Shown in pieces: positions 54,513 through 64,000 of a stretch of 64,000 bases of DNA. A program made the translations under genes and the position numbers. Position 1 is the first letter of the stretch, and every line of letters starts with the position of its first letter. Under the pieces are notes generated by a model that was not told the origin of the DNA, did no database searches, and was given only the letters and a program-made list of their open reading frames with translations. Source of the stretch: the human T2T-CHM13v2.0 reference genome, Homo sapiens; the NCBI RefSeq assembly GCF_009914755.1, contig NC_060925.1; one strand, written 5' to 3'.

Positions 54513-57227
54513 CCAACAACAGCAATGATATATTTTTTAGGAACGTCGAGCCCAGTGTTCTTGCCTCAATTGCAGTCTTGCTGCCTCTTCTATGTTTTTG
54601 CCCCAGTGTGGTGTGGTCCACTCTGCAGTCTTCCTCTTCCACCTGGCTCTGGGGAGCTGCCTCACTGGGCTTAGTGCCCCCACTTTCTGATGACTGTTTT
54701 GATACTTGACTGACTGATCTGGGGGAAGATTCCAGGAGGCCATCCCAGTACACGGGTTTGAACTCTGCATCTCCATCATTAATCTGGTTGCCTTCTGCTG
54801 ATATCATATGTTCATGCAAAATCTGGATCCAAACATCCTACGGAGAATTTGGAGATGTTTATAAATATATCCAGGAAATAGCATTCCTGAACATGTAAGG
54901 TGGGGGGATGAGTTTGAGGGGCTGAAACTATATGAAGAAGTTTTTGTTTCACACAACAAAACAGCTGACAATAATCTTTGTTTACTATGAAAGAAATCAG
55001 GAAAGAGTCAGGAAGAGTACCACATAATCAAACTCTAAGGAGGATTAGAATGAAGGGCGATTGAATTGTGTGGGGTTATGTGGGCAGTTCTTCTTGATAC
55101 CACTCAATATCCACTGAGCCCTGATCCCAATGTGTGCCCAGGAGAGACCAGGAAGAAAACAGGGACCTTCTAATATTCAAGAAGAGTATCATAGAGAGTT
55201 TAGGTTAGCTGTTAGGTTAGCTGTAGAGGAGAACAATCTGACTTAAAGAATATTTAAATATTACACTGACATCCCTGGTAAATTTAAATCAAATGTCAGT
55301 CAATTGGATGAAGAGGAAAAAATCCAACCAGGCCATTTACTTAGTGGTGTTAGATCTATAAAGCCTATTAATGATCAACTGAATTCTTTATTGCCCTGAT
55401 TAAATGTACCACACAGTTTGGTATCAACATGGGTGTCATTAGGGACTACAGAGAATCGATAATTTCATTCCATGATGATGCTTAAAAATATAACGACTGT
55501 CTTTGTATCTCAAGGAAAGCAGCTTTCTTTTAAAGAGAAAAGAATAAACAAGATCATGCATTAAAATTGTTCTAGTTTTTCTAATCATTAACTATATATA
55601 CAAATCATGACTGTGTGCATGTATATATAATTCATAAAAAGAGAAGTAGATATATTTAACTGGTATTATGATTAAAATATTTAACACATATTTATTGCAA
55701 ACCTACTATGTGTCAGATGTTGTATATAGGGACTTTTACATCCACTATCTTATTTAACATTGTGGTTAAATACTCATTTTCATTTTCCTTGTAAAAAATA
55801 AAATCTAATCCCTTTGTAGCCTGAGGGAAACCACTTAATCTTTATTCTTCGATTTTATTTAAAATTGAGATGATAATATTTACCTCCCAAGGCACCATGC
55901 ATACTAATTAATTAATGTTGGCAAAGATCTTGAAGACAAAAAAATGTGGAAATTCTAAACCTAATATCATGTTTTTATTCTTTACAGTGCCTTGATATCC
56001 TTTTCCTTTTTTATTCTACTTCTTATCAGTAAGGTAACTTTCTATTTGAAATAATTTGACATTGGCTATACCTATCATCTGTTATTAAGATCATTTGACT
56101 AAGGATGATATTTATCCTAATGTTTGCATATACATACCAAAATGTGTTCACCAAATATATGCAAATTTAACTCAAAACATTATGATGATTTTTTTATATT
56201 GGCTTCCATGAGATTTCAAATAGATATGAATAGCTAGAAGGGAATAAAAAACTGAGTTTTTGATTATCAGTTAATGAGATACTTCAAGATAGCTTCAATG
56301 TTAAGTAGGCAAGTGGAAAGGATGGTCACTTGTCTTTTAACTTTTCTAATGGGTATCACATTCATCTAGGTTGGCCCCATCCTCGCTGAATATGTTTTAG
56401 GAATACTCAGAATAATATGCTTATTCTTCTGAATCTACTTTGTAATACTTAAGCAACAATTTTATATACTTAATATCAACAGAAAAACCCTTTAAAAACT
56501 ACAGTTGAATTGTGTTCTTCTTGAACTTCCCTGAAAATAATATTAAAGTTTTCAAATATGGCTCATGTCATATGGTATTCATCTGACTCACAGTATTGTT
56601 TGATTCCTAATACCTGTAAGTGAAAGGACCTCAGAAATCCTCAAATAAAAAGAAATGAGCTTGCAAGTAAATAGAATGGGCAAATCCATGAACTTTTAGT
56701 GTGCTTTTTTAAAAGATCCAATGTTATAGTTAAAAAAAAACAACTTATATTTCTCTCAAATCAATGTTAATATCAATCTCAGTGTCCCTTTCCCTTTTCT
56801 TCCATTTCCTACCCTAATATCTATATTGTGAGGTAATTCTGGAAAAGCATTATCTTCCAAACTTACACAACATATTTGCCTTAATTTCTTCCATATTCTG
56901 AAATTTAAGGAATTAGTTTGGAAAATAACATTTTTTGATCAATAAATGATTTATTAATCCTGTCTAAAATAACACATTTGTACATATGTTCTTATCAACT
57001 GTCCAAGATACAATATCAGCAGACAAAATCTGTGAGGAGTTTGCAAGCTATACTTTGGTTACAGTTAAAAAATAACTATTAGAATCAAAATAGGTTGGTG
57101 TATTTATGGAACAAAGCCAAAATTAGGGCAAAAGAGGGATGACCTTGGAGAATTGATTAAGCCATCTTTCATTAAGGAAATAATAGCATAGTAGGAGTTG
57201 AAAATTAGACAACTGAAGTGAAATTGA

Positions 57228-57328
57228 TGTTGGGTGTGGTGGCTCATGCCTATAATCCTAGCACGTTGGGAGGCCGAGGCAGGAAAATTGCTTGAGGACC
57301 AGCCTGCGCAACATGGTGAGACCCCATC
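57228..57328 (+). mobile_element. Alu left-arm fragment ending at the THE1 insertion
   Basis: TGGGTGTGGTGGCTCATGCCTATAATCC...GTGAGACCCCATC. Confidence 0.85.
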
Positions 57329-57686
57329 TGATATGGTTTGGATATGTCCTCACTCAAATCTCATCGTGAATTGTAGCTCCCATAATCTCCACATGTCATG
57401 GGAGAGACCCAGTGGGAGGTCATTGAATCAAGGGGGCAGGTTTTTCTCATGCTGTTTTCATGATGGTGACTAAGTCTCACAAGATCTGATGGTTTTATAA
57501 ACGGGAGTTCCCCTGCACATGGTCTCTTGTCTGCTGCCATTTAGACATGCCTTTGCTTCTCCTTGGCCTTCCACCATGATTGTGAGGCCTCCCCAGCCGT
57601 GCTCAACTGTGAGTCAATTGAACCTCTTTCCTTTATAAATTACCCAGTCTCGGCTATGTCACTATTAAGCATCATGAAAACAAACT
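57329..57686 (+). mobile_element. THE1 (C/D-like) MaLR LTR missing its last few bases
   Basis: TGATATGGTTTGG...CAAATCTCATC...GATCTGATGGTTTTATAA...CCTTTATAAATTACCCAGTCTC. Confidence 0.9.
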
Positions 57687-59489
57687 GTGAGAAAAATAAT
57701 GCATAATTAATTCAAATCAAGATGTAAGAGGAACTGTGAATATGCTGATTTTTGAATTTTGCCCAGCAGGGAATCAGTCAATTAATATTGCCTAAAAGGG
57801 AAACCTCTGGTGTCAAAGTTATCAAAAATTAAATAAAAATTTTTCAAAAAGTGAAACTTGTCATTTGGTCAATAACTAAATTGTTTCATAATGCTTTTTC
57901 CCCTTGATTTTGGAAATTAATTCCTTCTGAAGTGGAAAATATTTTTCAGAAGTTTAACAGATCCTTAAATTACATTTTAGACTCTTGCTGCTGTCAAAAA
58001 ATTTAAAGACCTTTTATTTTTAACCGCCATTGCTAATGTGATTCCACCTTATAAATATTATCCGTCAATATATCAATTCACTTTTGCTTTAAAATGTATA
58101 GTTGCATGTGGTCATCTGGAATGATGATCACTTAGTATAAATGAAATTATATCTGAGTGTTGACATTTTTAAGCAATTATTACTTTCATCTTTGTAACTG
58201 GATTTCTTATAATAGGCATATATATTTTAATGAAAAATCTGTATTCTGTAAAACACTGTGAATAATCATAGACCATTCATATAATGCTTTATAATAAACA
58301 AGTAAACTAACAGCCGTACAAACCTGGGTAGGTCAGAATGTGGGTGCAGAAAGACAAGAAAAAGGAGGCAGAAACCTTTCAGCTAGGAAGATAATACTCA
58401 CTAAACATATAGATATGTTTGAATTTTAGGGCAAATGCTAAGAGTGTTAGAACAGAAAGATGACAGCTATTTGGCACATGATTGAAGAAAATACTTTTAT
58501 TTGGTAATTTTTTTCTGTAGAGTTCAGTGCTTCCTCTGAGAGAGGAAATTCTTACCAATGTACGTGGGATGGCTCCTCCAAAGTGAATCACAAAGATTAA
58601 TGGCTTTAGGAGCACTTGTCCATCCCGGTCCCAGACTCCAACCCCATGGTGAGAAATAGGTGAGCATTCCTCTGTCAGATATGAGGACTTCAGTTTCTAT
58701 GCTGTCTGGTATTCAGAAGCCAGAGGAAGTGTCTGGCCTATGAAGTGCTAGGAGAATGTGGGATGATGGAAGATGCTGGTTCTCACGTGTTCTGTACCCT
58801 TAATTGGGTCAATGGATAGGGGTAGGTACAGTTCCAGAATATGAAAATATCACATTGTGAGAATTTCATGCAGGGCCAACATTCAAAAAGGAAGTCAAAA
58901 TGATGCTTCTGTGCAAATAGAGCACTAGATCTGTTCATAAATACTGAACAAAAGACATGAAGAGACAATGTATGTTAACTACAATGAGTGAATGAACATA
59001 AAACTGCCCAACTCACTTGGAATAAAAGTCAAATTGTGCCATTTTATGTGATGCAACCATTGTTTGGCATTATAATACCAATGTAATGATCTGTTGGCAC
59101 TGTTCATCCTAATCTGCAGTTACCCAAGCCTTAGATCATGAGTAACTAGCTGCTGGGCTATTTTCCGTGGTCCCTTGCTTTTGCTTTAATGTAAAATTCT
59201 GTTATGAGAAAATATTTTAAAAGTTCAGACAAAAAAATCAATTCTGTAAGAATTAAAGGGTTAAATCTTATAAAGTCAGGAAAACGTAAAACTAGAAAAA
59301 GAAGAAAAGAAATCAATGTTTTTTTGATCTCAGCATATGTAAGTCAAAGAGCAATAAAGAATAATGAAGAACATAACATCCAACTAAAAAAGGTAAACAC
59401 TGTACCAAAAAATACCCATAAACTTTAAAAGTAGAAGACAATACGACTTTATAAAAATTCAGAGTTCAGCCCTTAGTATAGCAAACCTA

Positions 59490-60600
59490 ATTTTCAATTA
59501 ATAAAATCATTAGCATGCAAAGGACATGAAAAGCAATTTTGAAAAACTAAAAATTGCCAGTTAACATATGGTAAAAGAAAACTTTGCCAGTAATAAAATG
59601 AATGAAAAGTTTTTAAATCAGCTGTCATTTTGCATTTCTATAACGAAAAATAGTAAAATCTGATCATATTATTAACTGTTATTGAGAGTTCAATGACATA
59701 GGGACCTTCATACACAGCCAGTAAGAGTGTATATATTTTGATACTAATTATCTGGAAAGCAAATGGGTAATGTGAATTTCTAAAACAGCACAGCCTTTGA
59801 CCTAGTAATATGAATTCAGGAACTCCATCCTAAAGAACCCTATCACATACAAAGATATATTATTTATAACAGCAAAATTTTGGAAACAGCTTAAAAATTC
59901 AACAATAAGGAAATGACTAACGAATAATGGAAAATCATATTTTGGAAACTAATGGCCTGAGACAATGCTTATTACTCAATATGAAATGAAAAAAAGCAGA
60001 ACCCAACTCAACATACACAATAAGGTTTCAACTTTATGAATCATGTATTGTATGTTTGTTTGTATTTATGTATGTATAGAAGAAAGAGAGGTGGAGTAAA
60101 CATGCCAAAATGCTATTAGTAATACTTTTTCTAGTTTGTAGGATTGTGCATAATTATTTTCATCTTCATACTTTTCTTTACTTTTATGGTTTTTAGAACC
60201 AGAATGGATTAAAATCTCTCTCTTAAAAAGTAAGATTTTTTTATAATTGAGGAAAGTAACATCCCTTCTCAAAATTTATTCCAAAGAAATAATACTCGAT
60301 TTATGAGGAACACTATGCACAAGGAAATTTATCACAGAATTATTCATAATCTTAAAAATTGCCAATAATGATAATGCCCATTAATAAAAGGGATAACTAG
60401 TGCAACATCTTTACAATAAAATTTACCACATTCATATAAACAAATACTATGATTATTATGTAAAAATATGGAAAATATTTAAATGGAGAAAGGTCACCAA
60501 ATGGCATGCAAAGTTTGATTAGGATTGTTAAATGTATACAGATATATATATGTGCGCATAAAATATTCTTTAAAATTCTGAACACTAATAGTTCTGTGTT
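59490..60600 (+). mobile_element. Very decayed L1ME-like 3' fragments
   Basis: CCTTTGACCTAGTAAT...CAGGAACTCCATCCTAAAGAA; TTATTTATAACAGCAAAATTTTGGAAACA. Confidence 0.5.
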
Positions 60601-60720
60601 CAATGGTGAGTGAAGATTTTTACCTTTCTTTTCAAACTTTTTTATGAATGCTTATTTCCTTTTTTATGGTAAATCTTCACTTGATGTTAGCCATAAGGCC
60701 AAGAAGCAATGATAAACTTT

Positions 60721-61041
<321 letters not shown>

Positions 61042-61559
61042 TAATATCTGAATCAAGAAACAATAATGAGCACAATCATTCATTTCAATTCTTTGTATTT
61101 TTCTTTCTTAATGTCTAATCATTTGTGTGGATGCAGGTCCTCACTCAGACTCATTTTAAGCATGAGTGTCAGTGTTTGTCAGGGAAATGTCATGGGCTTC
61201 CATTTTGATTTTATAAGGTATTGAGTTAATGGACTCATTTACTTCACATTTCAGGATGTACGCATGAGAAACATCTTCCCTAAGTTCACTTGTCCTCTTG
61301 GGCCAAGGATGCTGATGTTCCACATGTCTATGGAGCTTGCCTTTTACCCTCAGAGCCAGAGACCATTTTTAAGGATGACGCATATTTGGCTATATAGGTC
61401 AAGGTAAATTTGGTTTAAAAATCTTTTATAACAATACCTCATATATGATATGTGATATAAACATGATGAGACAGATTCAATATTTTATGAGATAGTTTTA
61501 TTCTGTGATAAGTTCTCATGTACATTATTAAATGATCACAATAAAGGTATATGCATTTA

Positions 61560-61796
<237 letters not shown>

Positions 61797-63074
61797 TCAC
61801 TTAAGGTAATAAAACTGTTTTGAAATTGTTCATTCCACTGGGATGGGACAAGGGAGAAATAAAGAAAGCAATGCAACTGTGGAAATTTCCCTCAAGAAGA
61901 TGAACAAAGCATCCATGGGAATGGTGACTTGCTCTAGCGAGGTCTTTGGGTTATGCCCTTTCTTTGCTATTATCAAAATCTATCTATTTCACTTCACTAG
62001 TTGCCAAAAAAAAAAATGGGGGAAGGAAATAAGAGGCCACAAAAAATGAAAAATTGTAGATGAAATATACATACATGTAAAATCTCATTGGATGAAACAT
62101 ACATAAATAGTGGGAAACGTCATTTTAATTACTACCTTGTGAATACAAAAGTATTTGACTCAATACTAATGATCTTGATACTGGCACTGAACCATAACTA
62201 ATGTCAAAAAATTGCAAAAATTCAAAGAAGAACATCACCCGTAATATCAATGTGTCCTAACATCAAGGTCATTCTCTAATAATGAGGATTTTATCCACTT
62301 ACATAATTTATGTGTAAATGAAGAATATGGATGCTTTATGTTTCTGAAGGAAAGAAACTTCTACCAATTCCAAGTTTCTGATCCCAGGCAATGCTTTTAT
62401 TAATATAATTCCAAATGATATCATATTTCTGAAAAAATCTCTTGAGAGTGACTTGAGAGCTGCACCACTCTGTCTAAGAATAGCCAATTACTCTTTTTCA
62501 CACTTCCTCCTGAGCTGGATAAAAATTATCCATCTCCAATTTATCAGCAAATACATTATAGTTCTGGAACCAAGAGTAAAAGAAACTTTTCCTTAAATTG
62601 GCAGCTCTTGGGGGACTGGTCTTTTCTAAAGGTTAGAAAATTTAGCCCCCATTAACTTTCTGTGGATCTGTTTGAAGATTTTATCTGAAGAAGCCGTCTA
62701 CCTGCTGTCCTCTTGTCCTCTTTACCTTGGCTTGCAGGGTTAGTTTTCTATTTTCGATTCAGTGAAAATATACGTCTTTCAAACCAGTGTCAAGATACTC
62801 AGATGGGGTCATGGGAAAGTGTTAAGTGGAGTCACCTAGACTGATGCTGTAGAACTTCAGACACGTTTTCAGAAAAGATGGTTTTGAATGTTAGGCAGGC
62901 TAGACGTGAATTGAGTGAACAAGCCTCCCTCAACTTCTGCTGTCATTTCATCTGTTTTTTTAAAGATCCACTGCAAAGCTGCCAGAGCTCTCTAACAGCT
63001 AATCAACATTAACAGCAAGCGTGAGGGAGTCAAAAGACCATTTATTAAATTACTAAGATAAAAGAAACGTAAGT

Positions 63075-63300
63075 TCGATATGCTGAGGTGCCTTACTGTA
63101 TGACAGGCACACACGACCTCACTTGTTAATTTCTTACTACAGCCCTGTAATTTTTAAAAAAGTATTTGTCCCTATTATACAGATGGGAAAGCTCAGAAAT
63201 GGTGAAAAACTTACCCAAAGTCACCAAGCTTCTAAGTAAGTGGCAGAGATGGGGTGAAAACTTTGGTTTGTTTGTCGTCAGGATCCCTGCTTTCTTCCAA
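63075..63300 (-). mobile_element. MIR
   Basis: CCCTATTATACAGATGGGAAAGCTCAGA...ACTTACCCAAAGTCAC...TAAGTGGCAGAG. Confidence 0.75.
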
Positions 63301-64000
63301 TCTACCTAAGAAGGAATGATATTCCAGCACATGAAGTTCTGTGTTCTCACTGGGAGGTCACATAATAAAGAAATCATTGAACCTCAGAATTAAAAGGCTC
63401 AAACGGGGTCATTATTGTGAAGAACGGAGGAAGTTATATCCTGCAATGAATAATTCTGTGTATTGTGGTTTTCTAATGGGAGGCACATAGGCAGAGCGGA
63501 GGTGAAATATAGGTGTGGGGGACAAAATAAAGATCAGAGTCCAAAAGAAGCAGAAAAAAGTCATACAGTGGAGGACGAGCAACTTAGAATGTACTAAAAA
63601 CAGATAAATGCAGACCCGCTCAGAACTGTATTTTCAGCCCTTGTTCAAATGCAGCTGGTTTCAGGCTGCAGGTAGTAATGGCCAAGTTTTCACCTTCACA
63701 TTTATACCCAGCTCTTCCCCCAGAAGATCGTTCTTTGAGCTGAAAGAAATAGGAGTCAGAAGCTGTGCAGTGGTGCATGCCTGCTCAGCTTATTAAAACA
63801 TGGGAAGAAGGCAATATTTCACCCCCCAGAAATAAAAAAAGATAGACAAGTGAGAGCAGCTAATCCATCGGAAGAAATTAGCAGGCAGAGTATGTAGCTG
63901 TTTGAAATGATGAACGAGGCTGAAATAGCTACACAGGCTAACATCCAGTGGGATAATTACTCCAAGCTCTCAGGCTAAAATCTGTCTTGGAGGAACTGGG

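Noticed and set aside
54427-54819. 130-aa minus-strand ORF
   Set aside because: The 3' end runs into a MIR; no recognisable domain or convincing splice context.

Overview
This is primate (human-like) genomic DNA, almost all non-coding. It is AT-rich and carries Alu (J and S types), L1, L2, L3/CR1, MIR, MaLR/ERV LTRs and hAT/Tigger MITEs. Repeat families were named from memory of consensus sequences, so subfamily calls need RepeatMasker confirmation. 1-13.8 kb is a dense, nested transposon block that includes a 4.4-kb 5'-truncated L1PB. About 22.5-36 kb is transposon-poor and centred on a CpG island (~26.9-28.5 kb) whose strand-skew flip suggests a bidirectional promoter. A smaller CpG-rich patch at ~19.4-19.7 kb has a strong minus-strand splice donor and looks like an alternative first exon. 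I cannot name the gene and found no complete protein-coding gene; the ORF-track entries are repeat-derived or composition artefacts. I found no evidence of a new multi-gene biological system. The most unusual structures are two local duplications with templated junction inserts, at 33.5-33.8 kb and 48.05-48.26 kb. The second has a 52-bp insert copied from 1.25 kb away, which looks like a replication/repair template-switch scar.
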